Assembly: GCA_964035545.1 (NCBI GenBank)
Contig: OZ037770.1
Coordinates: forward strand, 3,442,662 to 3,506,661
Origin: Bugula neritina
Lineage: Eukaryota; Animalia; Bryozoa
Direction: 5' to 3'
Length of the DNA stretch: 64,000 nucleotides
The first letter of the stretch is position 1. Every line of letters begins with the position of its first letter. This document shows, piece after piece, positions 1 to 12,715 of this stretch. The notes beneath the pieces were generated by a model. It was not told where the DNA came from. It saw only the letters and a list, made by a program, of their open reading frames with translations, and ran no database searches. The position numbers and the translations under genes were made by a program.

Positions 1-140
1 ATATACGACAAGTCTAGAAAATGCTTATATAATTGCATATGTGTGCGAGTGTGTGCGGGCGGGTGTGTATGTGTGTGTGCTGTGTGTGTGTCTGTGCGTT
101 TCATGCAATCAAAACTGTATGTTTTTAATTATGTTTATAG

Positions 141-3100
141 AAGAAACATACAATAAATCATCAAAAGGGTTTTTTCAACTGATGAAAGTACCAGGCCTAG
201 TGTTGCTGTTCTTTCACTGTTTTACAAACACGTTGTGTATGACGTCTCGTTTGGTCAGTCTCCCGTCGTTTCTCATGACCACGGTATGTTATATGCGTAG
301 AATTCATCAAAATATGAGCTGTATGAACTGAAACCTGTAAAACTGACAAATTAACAGTGCAAGCTGTGATAACCGTAAAATATATATAGTTTACAGTATT
401 TACTATAACGAAGGTTTATAATCGCTATCCCTGTGAGAAACCCCTAACGGGAAGGGTTTTTGTTAAGGCGCGCTAAAGACTTATTCAGAAGTGGCACATG
501 GGAGCAATTATGACTGGCTGCTCTTCTTGCCATCACCAATCACGGGCTTTCCATGTATCGATCTCAGATCGATCTTCACTTAAGAGGAGGCAACTCCGCG
601 AGATCGATTTGACACTCTCATGGAAAAACGATCGATTTGAGCATATTTCTCAGATCGATCTCAGATCGATCTTGCTGAGATCGATCTGAGAAATATGCTC
701 AAATCGATCGTTTTTCCATGAGAGTGTCAAATCGATCTCGCGGAGTTGCCTCCTTTTAAGTGAAGAATAGGCTACTTTAAAATTATAATTTTTTAACCCA
801 CCTGAGTGATTAAAGCTAATGCTTTTGAAAAACAAAATTTTCAAAGTCTAAAATTCAACGCCAGCTATAAACTCTAAGCAATAAAGCTTTTAGTGAGAAG
901 TAATTTAGCCAATTTAAGATAATTAATTTTAATATTTTAGCTTGACAGCTTATATAAAATTAATGGCTGTTGTGCAGATTATTCATAAACTTACAGAACA
1001 ATTAGGCTTAAAATTAAGCAGCAAATAACTACTGAAAGTAAGTTTTACTTATATTAGCCATTTAAATTCAATTTTAATGTTCCTATTTTTTGTACCTTCT
1101 ACCTCTATAATTTTATATAATTGAGTTTTTTTCTTCATAGTACTGAAAGTCAAAGCTTTAGCATCTGAAATGTGGCTATCGTAATTATTAAGTAATTTTC
1201 TTTGTAATTGACAATAAGTTATCATTTTATTAGCGGACGACATTTTAGCGAACAGTCTTTTTCTACTTCTATGATTGATCTTTTGTCTTTCCATGGTCTT
1301 ATTGCTTTGAGATCGATTTGAGTTTGAGCTCTACAGACCGACCAGCTCAGATCGATGGAAATCGATCTTTGGCGTCTTTCCATGTGTCGATCTCGCTGAG
1401 ATCGATCTGAGATCAATCCATGGAAAGCCGGTGTATGGCCTTTCTCCGGTCACGAACCCATGACCCCATGTTTACTAACCTCCCTTACAGTATTTACTAT
1501 AATAATATGTCAAAATTTAAGGTATTTGATATTCACTAATTTCTTTCAGTCTCATGACTCACTCGTGTCTATTTGCAGTTATATTTTGTCTGTAAAAACC
1601 TGACAAGTCTGGTTGATTGATTTGAAAGCTTCAAACAACCTGTCATATAGCCATGTCATGCTAAGCAACCACCTGCAGCCATGGACTATGGCTTCAAACA
1701 TAATATTTTATTCCCAGTTTGGAGCGAGCTCCAGTGACATAGGAAACTTCCTAGGAGTGGCTAGTCTGATTTACTTGCTCTTATCTCCCCTGTGTGGATT
1801 TTTAATGAATAAAGTGAGTATTTAAAATTTTTCAGCAAATGTTTTTGTTATGAAGTTCAGTGAGATCCTTAATCTGATTATTAGATTTTCACTGATGGGA
1901 ACACTGATGCCAAATGAGTCATTATTTTGCTAAGAACTGAAAAAAAATTAACTTGTTATATTGAAATTTGATGAGATCCTTCATTTGATTATTAGACTTT
2001 CACCGATGAAAAAAACTGATGCCAAATGAGTCAGCATTTTGCTAAGAACTGAAGAGAAACAATTAACAATAATTTTGTTCTGAAAATTGTAGAAGTTATT
2101 CTTCTGAAGCAGTTTAACCTGCTAAATTTTAATAATATTGTTCCAGGAATCTAATTGACATCTATTTGTTTAAAGATCACTTCACCCTTTGTAATACATG
2201 CAATCAGGTAATTTAAATGACTTTGTTATGTAGGGGTTGAGTTACACACTTATTATTATCGCATGGCTCATACAATCTCTCCTACTATTACTCATGGGAC
2301 CCTCCCCACTGCTGGATTTTATTTTCCATGGTAAAAAGTGAGTAGAATTGCTTATTGATCGTATTGTTTTTTATTGCATATGCTCTAATGTTAAAGGAAT
2401 GATTAGATTAACCTTAAAGATGTAAAGCTAGGTGGCCAAAGTATCTTAAATTATAAAACTGATAAGATATTGTATTGAAATTTTAGGTATAATAATTTAC
2501 AGTTTTCTTTTTGATTTTTCTACTTTTATTATAATAATTTTGTGCAATCCTCATACTTGCCAATCTCGGTCGAAAATCAGCAAGCATGAAGATATCGGAA
2601 TCGCCTATTGCGTTAGAAATGGCAAGATAAGACGTGTCGGTAATTCCGACATCTCTCAGAAACCCCGATTTTTGAAAGAGTTCGCCGGATTCAATCTAGA
2701 AGAGACTGTATATACAGAGGTGCGCTCACAGAGTAGAATAAGCCTAGGACCACACTGTGCGTATTTTCGCATGCGAAAATTAAAATCACGAATAGCAAAA
2801 GTGTCCACTGTAGCGTCAGTGATGCGTGATAAATAAAGCTTTCATTTTTAAATCGCACTCGCTTTCAATAAAACGCAATTTACTGGAATATAGCACTAAA
2901 TAAATAAATTGGGCTCGCTGAATAGCTACCAGCCAGTTAGGTGACGACGACAGAGACGATTCGCACTTGCGTTGAAAATGCAGAGCGACAAGTGCGAAGG
3001 TTTTCTCAACGCGCACAGTGGACACCTTTGCTACTTGTGATTTCAATTTTCGCATGCGAAAATACGCACCGTGTGGCCCTAGGCTAAGTTTACCACTAGA

Positions 3101-5447
3101 GCTCACTAGACACAAACATACACACACAGACATTCTTATACCTTACAATAAGCCTAGGGCCACACGGTGCGTATTTTCGCATGCGAAAATTGAAATCACA
3201 AGTAGCAAAGGTGTCCACTGTGCGCGTTGAAAAAACCTTCGCACGTGTCGCTCAGCATTTTCAACGCAAGTGCGAATCGTCTCTGTCGTCGTCACCTAAT
3301 TGGCTGGTAGTTATTAGGCGAGCCCATTTCTTTATTTTAGTGCTACATTCCAGTAAATTGCGTTTTATTGAAAGCGAGTGCAATTTAAAAATGAAAGCTT
3401 TATTTATCACGCATCACTGACGCTACAGTGGACACCTTTGCTACTTGTGATTTCAATTTTCGCATACGAAAATACGCACAATGTGGCCCTGGGCTAAAAA
3501 TTACTTCACTCAGAACTACCAACTTACCTTGTTTCTTATATCTCGGAGTTATGCTCCCTACCTAATTGCACTCTACTCACAAAACTACTACAATATTATA
3601 TTGAAACATGCATACAATTTTATGACTTTTGTAATATAATATTAATTTGGGTGGATGTAACAATCTATTGTTGATTTTTATAGTAATGCTTTATATATAT
3701 TCCTTATAACACCACAATAATAACTGCCGATGACAATTATTATATTTAACGTAAAACACATTTTGGGCATTAATATGAAATTTGTTAGTGCGGACATGTT
3801 TTTACAACAATTAGCTAGATAGTAAAAAATAAGTGTACGGCAGCAATCAAACTTCATAACTATTGTTGTAGTTTTGTGCACTACTAGATTTATAGGCGTT
3901 ATTGTGTGCTGATAATTACTGCATATCCACTGTGAGGTTATTTGAAGAACCGAACAAGTTGATCATGGAATTGAGAGAGCTGTATTGAACTAATTACACA
4001 CGATAAAATCAGTATACATATAAAAGAAACAAATATAACAATAATCGAAGCAATTACATACAGTTATCCTAGTAGCTACTAAAACAGTCCAAGACTTGCT
4101 GTGCTCGCCGAAATTAGGCGTTACTTATATACATGGAATCGAGCCTGATTGGACGACACAAGATTCCGGCCGTGTCGTCCGCAGTTTCTGGCGGTGTCGC
4201 CCGTGGTCACTAGCATGGCACTGCATGAAGATGCGTCATAACTTGGAGTTACCGTTCCTGACCATAATCTATTGAATTATGTTTAGCAGGGGGTACTGGG
4301 GGGTATCTTCCGCTAATCATTACACTATTATGTTTGAGTATATTTCAGATATTATCTGGGAACGGTGATCACATGGTGTATTATTCAACTCTCACAAGTG
4401 TGTGTATTCCTAGCTCCTTTCAAGGCCTCTCTCAACTTAGCTGAGTATGTGTTATCATGTTGAGCTTACTTTTTCAAATGCTCAAGAACTTTGATGTAGA
4501 AATCTTGTTATGTTCTTCTTTTTCCCGTTGTTTATAAACGTTATTCAAAACTTTACATGCAGTTATTGGTCCGTAAAGATGCTATGTTATTCTATTTTTC
4601 ATCCATAATGGCAAGATATCTTGGTTTTGTTCAGAGCTACAGGATATGAGAAAAATAGCCTACACACATATGGTATGATAGCTGGAATGGTAAACTGTGC
4701 ACAAGGTCTGGGATCCATTGCGGGGCCAGTTGGGGGCGGAGCTATATATGAAGTGATGGGTTCCCGTGGTTAGTGACTGTTCTTGGATTTCTTCAGTTTT
4801 TACTTGTAAGTATTGATTCAGATTCCACTCTAAGCGTAGGGCCACACGGCTCGGGTCACTTTTTCGTGACGTGTGGGAAAACCCTCTTAGCCCAAAAATG
4901 GGGCGTGGTTTGCAGATTTTCAGGCGTATAATATGCTGAGCAGCAAGTGCAGAAAGCTCGTGTGAGTTCGATCTAATTGGCTGGTTACAGATTAGCGTGT
5001 ACACTTTTTTTATTTCATGTCGCGTTAAGTTTTTAGTGAACTGAATTAAAACAGTTTCATATTGTGCATATATGAACTGATATTTGCATCTGTATTTTGG
5101 TTTGCTTTTTTTACTAAACTTGTCCGTGTAACTGAGGCAAATCAAAATGGGAAATGAAAAAGAAAGTTTTCTCAAAGCCGACTTTTAAAACTATTTTTAT
5201 TCAATGCTAAATACAAAGTTATAATAACCAGGAAGAATCAATAATTGAATATATTGGCATCATGTTCAAGAAAATAACTTTATTTTAAAACTTTTATTTT
5301 GGAAGTACAATCGTATTAGATCTGTATAACCACCATATGTTCTGTATTTTGCAGGCAGCTGTTACTATAATCTACCTCATTGTCATGAGACTAGCAAATA
5401 AACCTCTCACACCAGAGCAAGCGGATGAAATGCGCATCAAGAAATGA
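141..5447 (+). CDS. MFS transporter, SLC18B1-like, 3' part (5' exons lie upstream of the window); 1-nt frameshift in the penultimate exon
   Basis: Phase-compatible AG/GT exons 141-283, 1718-1813, 2234-2337, 4349-4444, 4635-4805, 5355-5447. They translate to hydrophobic helices (FGASSSDIGNFLGVASLIYLLLSPLCGFLMNK; LLMGPSPLL; GYEKNSLHTYGMIAGMVNCAQGLGSIAGPVGGGAIYE) that resemble the C-terminal half of SLC18B1. AATAAA signals at ~6030-6120. Confidence 0.8.
409..1484 (-). mobile_element. tRNA-derived SINE copy interrupted by a MITE
   Basis: 409-540 and 1434-1484 match the repeat at ~30602-30801. Flanked by an 18-bp direct repeat TTACAGTATTTACTATAA (391-408, 1485-1502). Confidence 0.75.
541..1433. 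mobile_element. Non-autonomous TIR element (MITE) rich in GATC/ATCGAT, with an internal hairpin at 574-765
   Basis: Ends CACGGGCTTTCCATGTATCGATCTCAGATCGATC and GATCGATCTGAGATCAATCCATGGAAAGCCGGTG are inverted repeats. A related end fragment lies at ~34168-34260. Confidence 0.8.
1861..2053. repeat. Imperfect ~110-bp tandem duplication in an intron
   Basis: TGAGATCCTT..GATTATTAGA..CTGATGCCAAATGAGTCA..TTTTGCTAAGAACTGAA occurs twice. Confidence 0.8.
2742..3084. mobile_element. MITE with TAA target-site duplication (PIF/Harbinger, Tourist-like)
   Basis: ~70-bp TIRs GCCTAGG(A/G)CCACAC..GTATTTTCGCATGCGAAAAT; TAA at 2739-2741 and 3085-3087. Confidence 0.8.
3152..3494. mobile_element. Second copy of the same MITE, inverted
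   Basis: Near-identical reverse complement of 2742-3084; TAA at 3149-3151 and 3495-3497. A degenerate third copy lies at ~32930-33155. Confidence 0.8.
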
Positions 5448-6900
5448 AACCAGACAGTGATTTGAAGTTGGAGTCAAATTATTGCAGTTGAAATCCAACA
5501 GTAATGAAAATCAAATCATTGATTTTATAAAAACTTCATTTAGAGTCTCTATCTCTGTCAGAGTTTTCTGGAACAAGTAGGTTGGAGTAGACTAAGAGCC
5601 TTAAGTCTTTTACCAAGTCTCGGGCTGTAACTGCAGCACAGTAATTGAATAATAATAGGATGCCCTTCCTGGTATCAATAGTAAAATAGTTGGCGGCCCA
5701 CCGGGATTTCAACCACCGACCTTTGGCTTGCAGGCAGGTGCTACTCATAACACCACAAGGTAGCGTCTGCTTGCAAGCCAGAGGTCTCACAGGATCTGAA
5801 TGCAATATTTGTATTGCTCACTATGCTGCACATGGCTACATGATTTGTAGTTTGGGATGTAATTATGCGTGTAAAATGTTTTTAGAGTATACTTAATATA
5901 TGTATATATTGCCAGGATAGGTTCTAACTGTATAACAGCCAGTTGTAAAATGTTCCCTGAACCATTCATGAATAGAGCAAATGCGAAATCCTATCTATAT
6001 ATCTAAGTGATATTTTACTTTCATTGCAACAAATAAATTGCAGGGAGAAATTTGTATATAAAACATCGAGTTTGTATATTTTTTAATAAACTGCTTTTTT
6101 CTCTGTTACTTCAATAAAGTTTTGATATTTGTGAAGGTGTGTCATTATATACATTCTTGGGTGCAACATGGTTATATTTAAAGCAATTTCGTTATAAAAT
6201 ATATAAAATAATCAAGTTTAGAATCACCACTGTTGGCACAAGATAATGTTTGATTGATAATTACAAATTTGGATGCAGTAGAAGCAACATTGATTAGCCT
6301 AAAGTAAACTACATGAGTTATGTTGAAAACGAATCACATGAAATTGTAAAAAAATATTGATTAAAAAATAAAAAGTAGACACATCATATAACAATTACAC
6401 ACAACGTGTTATTAAAAGTGACAAAACTCTATAAAACAATGTAAAAAATACGTAAAATTCCTATATGAAGCTTTAATTAAAATTATCAGTTTAGATATGC
6501 ATCTTTTGTAAAAAATTAGGTATCAAGATTTTTGCTTGAAAACCTACGAATAATACTCTTAATTTTTAACGCTGAAGACGGTATAAAGGAATTGAAACCT
6601 TAACTGTAGGTTAATTTCTTTAACTTACATAATAACATCCGGCAAAGATGTAATAATTTGTATGTAACTTACACGTTACATTTAAGGTGATAACAATACA
6701 ATCTCTACATATAAACTATACAAGCGCAAAAACTGTAGCTCTAACACTGCGTGAATCATCAAATATGGCAAAACCAATACTGAAATCATGGCAGAATATG
6801 CTTAGAATATGAATATTTCATAAATTTAGGCTAGGGGCCGCCTGTTGGACAGCTCCGGTTTAGAACATAAATATTTCATACGGGGTGACAACTCCAGAGT

Positions 6901-9900
6901 TCACTCTGAAGGAAGATCAAACTTAGGGAACAAGTAGAATTTTCTCCCGTGAGTTGGGAAACACTCATAAGTTGGCTGCTGGCCGCCGATATTCAAATCT
7001 CGTTTGGACATCTCGATACTTTTCTGTCTCACTATATCCTTGACCTGAAATGAATGACAAACCAATATTGACTAGCACAAGGGTAGACAACCTCTTCTTC
7101 CAAGTTCAGAGGTCGGCCAGAATGAAGGGCCACATAATTTTACACACACATATTAAATTTTATTATAATAAAGTAATTTTTCACTAAACCTATACTGTGC
7201 TAATCATAATGCATATAACAGTTTTTACTTATCCTAAGCATTAAAAGGGCCACTGGAAAATGGGAAAACGGCCACAGGTGGCCCTGGGGCCCCAGATTGC
7301 CCACCCCTGGACTAGTATATTAATCACAGAAAGTAATATGAGTGAAAATAATGACAGAAAGTTACTTAGTATTCACATCTGTTGTCCTACTCATTTATAA
7401 ACATTATAATTTACCAGCTACTATATATTGTAATATACACACAGTTTATCTGCAGGGAAACATTTTATTACGCATATTTAGCCTGTAGCTATATATTGCA
7501 ATCTACATGGATCATTTCATTAAATTGTATACCCACTCGAAATCTTCAATTTTCAGCTATTTTTTTACAATTTAGCTGCTAAAGTAGATGGCATTTTGCT
7601 CTAAACTAATAAAATATCAGAATACCGAGGTTCTTTCCAATTTTGCTTGATTTCCTATGTTTGAACCTAATTATTTAGTCAATTTGTATTTTTGGACCGT
7701 CCCGAACAAACCGTGGCGGTCCGAAAATCCAAATTAGCTAAAATATTAGGAAATGACATGGGAAAACAAGCAAAATTGAAAAAAAATAGATTATCTAGTT
7801 GTATTTATTAGGTTTGAGCAAAAACCTATACATTAGCAGCTAAATTGTGAGAAATAGCTTAAACCTAGAGATTAGGAGTGTGTACTGAATTGAGTAAAGT
7901 GATCTACATACTATACTTCACTTGCAGGTAAATATTGTAATATAACCAATATACCTGCTGAAATATACTCTGAATGTCCTTCTCACATGCGTGGTTGTAT
8001 AGCGAGCAAACCAGGGCCCGGATAAACCAGGAGCCCTGCAGCGAGTGCCTCATTGAGCGGAAACCTAGAGAATTAGTTCAGCTCATCTCAATATTTATTA
8101 CATTTATTTCTGCAAATTATATGCTTAGTGCAACCAAAGTTGTTGCTTGCTTCTGTAGAAATTAGATGTAAGAGACCTTAGAAAATAATTATAAAGAGGT
8201 TAATGAAAAGACAATCTACAAAAAAATTAAACAACTCTTGACTAAAGTGATTGCATAAAATTTTCCCCAGTGACTGCCTTTACCAAGTCTCATGGATACA
8301 TGGAAAATACTAAATAATACACATAGTTGAAATTTGTATTAGATGCAATTTCTTTTCAAAATGTTTAAAGAAGGAGGGGGGTCATGTACTACCACCCGCA
8401 GTCTTAATATAAACTTACTAAGAAAACTGGATTTCAGAAGAAACAGATCGTCCGTCGTCAGGTAATTCCCAGGAAATGGCTGATCGTTTTCAACAAATCT
8501 ACTGCCAGGACTGTCATCAGAAAAGTGACCCAAAGTGTCGGCCCGTCCTGCCAAGAAATGACAGGAATCAAATAGGGAAGACAAATCCCAATGATATCAT
8601 AAGTAAATAAACATAGATGCTCATATGATTTGACTTTCCTAACCTGCACTTTATATCAAATGCTCTGCATACAACATGAACTCTCTATAAAAGTCAAAGT
8701 GGTGCAAGAATCAAAACTTGCTGATCAAAAGCTAGAAATGTAAACTCTCAAGCATTATGACACCTGTCACCAGATGACACCTGCCATCAGATGACACCTG
8801 CCATCAGTGGAAACGTGTCATAGGACGGTAATAATTATGCCTCAAGCTGACACCTACTGATACAGCCTGACACATTTCAAGTCCGGCTGACAAGGGCGTT
8901 CATGAATGAAAACTAACAATAGTCAATGTCACTAGCTAGACAAATTGTTATAGGGACACCTGCAAGCACTGATGCTTGCAGCCCCTGGTGTTTGCCAATA
9001 CTGGTACCTGACAATAAGGAAAGGTGCAGTCAATAAATAATGCTGGCACATATTAAAGTCTTTACTGTTGGAGAAATTTTTAGAAATATTCAGGAAGTGA
9101 TGTCACTCACCTCCGGCACATGCCTGTATGATAATAATCTTAGGTTTGCCAGCCATCGACTGAAATGAATACGGAGACATCAAGTCATAAACGTCTGAAA
9201 GGCTGATAGAGCGGCCATCTTTGCCGAAGATCTGGTTCTCTGACCCATGAGTCATGATGACAAGAGCGCTGACACCCAGCTTTTTGTAGTCCGGGTTTCT
9301 CGTCTCGTCCCAAATTCGCTGTCGCATTTCCTGTGGCAAAATCAAATGAGCTCATAACGATATTAGAGCAACGGCTAACTTATAAAAGTGAGTTTCAGGG
9401 TTAAAGATACGCAGAGCTAGTTCCTTTACCCTGATACAGAAACACTTGCACTTTCATTCTCACATGCGTGACATTATGTAAACCTTCCAGTGTGACAAAA
9501 CATTATATTTCATTCTGATAAAAACCACAAGCAAAAATTAGTTTATTAAAAACTTTGCAAGAATAATCTAAATTAGTAACAAAAATTATTTTTGCATTAC
9601 AAATCAAAACCGAAGGGGAGGCCAAAAATGAACTGTTAGTCATTGGGTTGGCTTATAGATGAGTAAAAAGAAATAGCTTAGACTACTTGTAGATGAGTAG
9701 TAGAGGTAACTTAGACTACTTGTAGAGGAGCAGTAGAGGTAACTTACCTTACAAGTAAGATCAGTGTGAACGTCGCACTCAAAGTTCAGCTGATGAAAGA
9801 CGTTACGGACATTAGTGACATCCACATCGGAACCTTCCCTGTACGACAAATCAATTTGATCTCCAGTTGTGGGCCGCTGGAAATTCTGGTTGTTTATGAT

Positions 9901-12715
9901 GAGGCATCTCCCTCGCAAAGGGGCGGACATTTTGTATGCCTGCGTGAGTAACAGAAACATAAATAATATTCTATTTCCTACATAACGCTGTAAACTTTAG
10001 CAAATGCTGCACAATAGATATTCAAAAAAATTTTCAACTGTATTCTCCGAAACACAAACATTTTTTGAATGACAAACTTAGTCAACTTGCTGAGCATAAA
10101 TTATGCAAGTTTTCATGGAAGAATTGACAGATTGGTTCTTACTTCGTGAGAATGGTAGAGTTTGGTGATGGAAGGACTAGTGCAAGGTTTGACACCCAGT
10201 TTCAACACATCAATATCTCGGTTGTGCTCATCCATGTATTGCAGACTGTCGGTCACGTCTTGGTGGTGCTTCCTGGGAACTGAAATAAGTTAGTAAAGGT
10301 CTAAGTTGAACTGAGGGAATTGTTGAATAGAAACTTAGCCTAATAATCACTCTGAACTCTCACCAAGGTCATATTGCGAAAAGGGATCAGAATTATTCTA
10401 TAAGCAGCTCCTAGTTGGGGGTGACTGAGTACAGTATTTGAATTGGGGTTTGGGTTGGAAGTTTGAATCCCAACTACAAATTCAAGACCTCAAACTACTG
10501 CACCAAGTCACCTCTGATTTGGTGCTGCTTATAGATAATTTCACCGTATCAAGTCCTTCAGCTTACTTAAAAGAACTTTTACCTTGCGATATTGTACAAC
10601 TGTAGCTATTTTAATAAGTTTTAATTTATTAAACTATCATTCAATCCTATCACACAACAAGTAAAGTGAGTCTAGTTAAAATGAAACTATTTAAAAACAT
10701 GAAAACTATTGCTTAGCTAGCTCAGTTACTTTAAGTCAAAACAGTCATCATTTTGATTATAAGACTGAGAGATATTGTATAAAACATGCGACATTAACAT
10801 CGCTCAGTAGATAGTACGCCTGGCCAGTAGCCTGAATATTTGCTTACTAAACTATGCCTTTGCAGTGAGGTTCAGAGAAATAAGCTTGGTACAGTATAAT
10901 ATTTAGCAAAAAGTTGCTGACCAAACAGCCGATTATATTCTAAGACCTTGACCTTCGTAAGTAATATACTGCTATGATAACACTACTATATCAACGCCAG
11001 TTAGGACTTAGCTAAAGGTTTAGATAATGACTGGAAGTGAACATTTGAAATGCAGTTACCTTCATTAATATGTAACAATTTCTTTCAACAGAATAAATTA
11101 GGCTACAAAACCCAATTGTGGCCCTTTCTTGTAAAGTGCTGCAGAAAAAACATGGATGTTGCACAGTGGAAATTCTGCAGAGTGATAAAAACAACTCACC
11201 GGAATTAAGCTTTATCCTGTTAGGAACCACCTGGTATTCACTCAAGAGAGCCATCACGTCGGAACGGTTGCTCTCATGAGCTACATCCACTGCTGTTGAA
11301 CTGTTTCTGTCTTGAATGCCCAGCAGCTCTGAACGTTGACCAGGTGATAAAATGTCCAGCATAAATCGCAACGTTTCCACATGGCCCCCGGAAGAAGCTA
11401 GTTTCACAGGCGTTGAGCCGTTTTTATTTTGCATACAGAGTAATGCGAATAAGTCATTATCCAATAACTTATCAGTTATACATTTCATGATCTGGGTCAA
11501 GCCCTTTCTAGCAACCCAGTGCACAGAAGTAAAGTTGTTTGAATCGCGTCCAGAGATGAGGTTTTTAAAGTCAGCCTCTGTGACAGAATCAGCAATGGTT
11601 CTGAATGCTGTCACATGATTATTAGTAACTGCCCAGTAAATGGCCGTCACTCTATTTTTTTCATGCATTTTTAATAGTTTCAACCAATCAGCTGCTGGCA
11701 AATTATCTATAAAGCATTTTATGACCTGTGAACTCCCTTTGTGAGCTGCCCAATGAACAGGAGTGAATCGATCTTTGTCTGGGAGTACCAGGAGTTTGTA
11801 CAGGTCATGAGGAGATAACATTTTAGTGATGGAGTTCATGATTTCAATGCGGTTCTCATGCGCTGCCCAGTGAATAGTTGTGAAGCCATTTATATCCTGA
11901 ACTGTGAGCAGCTCAAAGAGGGTAGACACAGGAAGCGCTCGCACTAGACACTTAAAGATTTCCGTGTGACCATCGTGCACTGCCCAGTGCAGCGCTGTAA
12001 ATTTATTCTTATCTTGAACTGTTAACAGTTTGCATATATCAGAAGGGGGCAACGCTTCAGCAATGGATTTAATAATCTTCAAATTGCCTTTGTGTGTTGC
12101 CCAGTACAATGGCGTGATACCACTTTTGTCAGGTATCAGCAGCAGCTTGTATCGTTCCTCCTTGGGAACGGCATTCAACAAATTTTTTACCATGTCGACA
12201 TAGCATCTACTCACTGCCCAATGCATGGCAGTGAATCTGTTATTATCTTGCATAGATAAGAGTTTACCTACTTCATTTGCTGGCACATTGCATATCAAGC
12301 ACTTGATAGTTTCATGGTTACCTTTGTGAGCAGCCCAATGTACAGCTGTAAAGCCAGCGTTATCCGGTATTTTCAACAGCTGAAAAAGAGAGGAACGGGG
12401 AATCAATTGGAGCAGACCTTCTACTACAGTTGCATGGCCGTTGTGGGCTGCCCAGTGCAAAGGAGTAAATCCACTGGATTCCTGAGAGGCAAGAAAATGA
12501 AACCAGGAGCTGTTGGGCAGGGATTCCCGTATTGCTTTAACGATATCCGTACGACCAATGCTTGCAGCTGCACACACTACCTTTACTTTTTCTGACCGAT
12601 TATCGTGCCTTTTCAACAATGAAATCAAATCACTGTAAGGCATTTCTTCCACTTCCTTATCGAATGCTGCTTCAATATTGCAAGCATTTTGTGTATTTGA
12701 TTGACTATTCGACAT
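6901..12715 (-). CDS. Ankyrin-repeat / caspase (peptidase C14A) fusion protein, ~815 aa, 7 coding exons
   Basis: Exons 12715-11200, 10279-10143, 9939-9748, 9330-9111, 8547-8419, 8064-7955, 7044-6901; all GT-AG and phase-compatible, total 2448 nt. Exon 1 holds about 11 ankyrin repeats. Caspase motifs: RGRCLIINN, REGSDVD, IMTHG (catalytic His), GKPKIIIIQACAG (catalytic Cys), SMRHSLQGSWFI, RKFYLFP. Confidence 0.9.
7078..7309. mobile_element. hAT-type non-autonomous element
   Basis: Termini CAAGGGTAGACAA / TTGCCCACCCCTG; 8-bp flanking duplication GACTAGCA / GACTAGTA. Confidence 0.65.
7509..7905. mobile_element. ~390-bp palindromic MITE family member
   Basis: Long inverted arms (..TTTAGCTGCTAA.. 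/ ..TTAGCAGCTAAA..). Related copies at ~39155-39511, ~49084-49290 and ~52380-52560. Confidence 0.7.

Noticed and set aside
498-3420. Short ORFs with repeated peptides (498-689, 650-844, 2540-2836, 2816-3133, 3181-3420)
   Set aside because: Products of MITE palindromes; no protein features.
6571-6615. CTGAAGA..GAAA..GTT hammerhead-like string
   Set aside because: No credible stem I or stem II.
8950-9007. Possible extra caspase exon (GTSIGKHQ..)
   Set aside because: Poor donor; exon 4 joins exon 5 directly to give a normal QACAGGRAD linker.
11012-11199. C-terminal ~60 aa of the 567-aa ORF
   Set aside because: Read-through into an intron after a good G|GTGAG donor.
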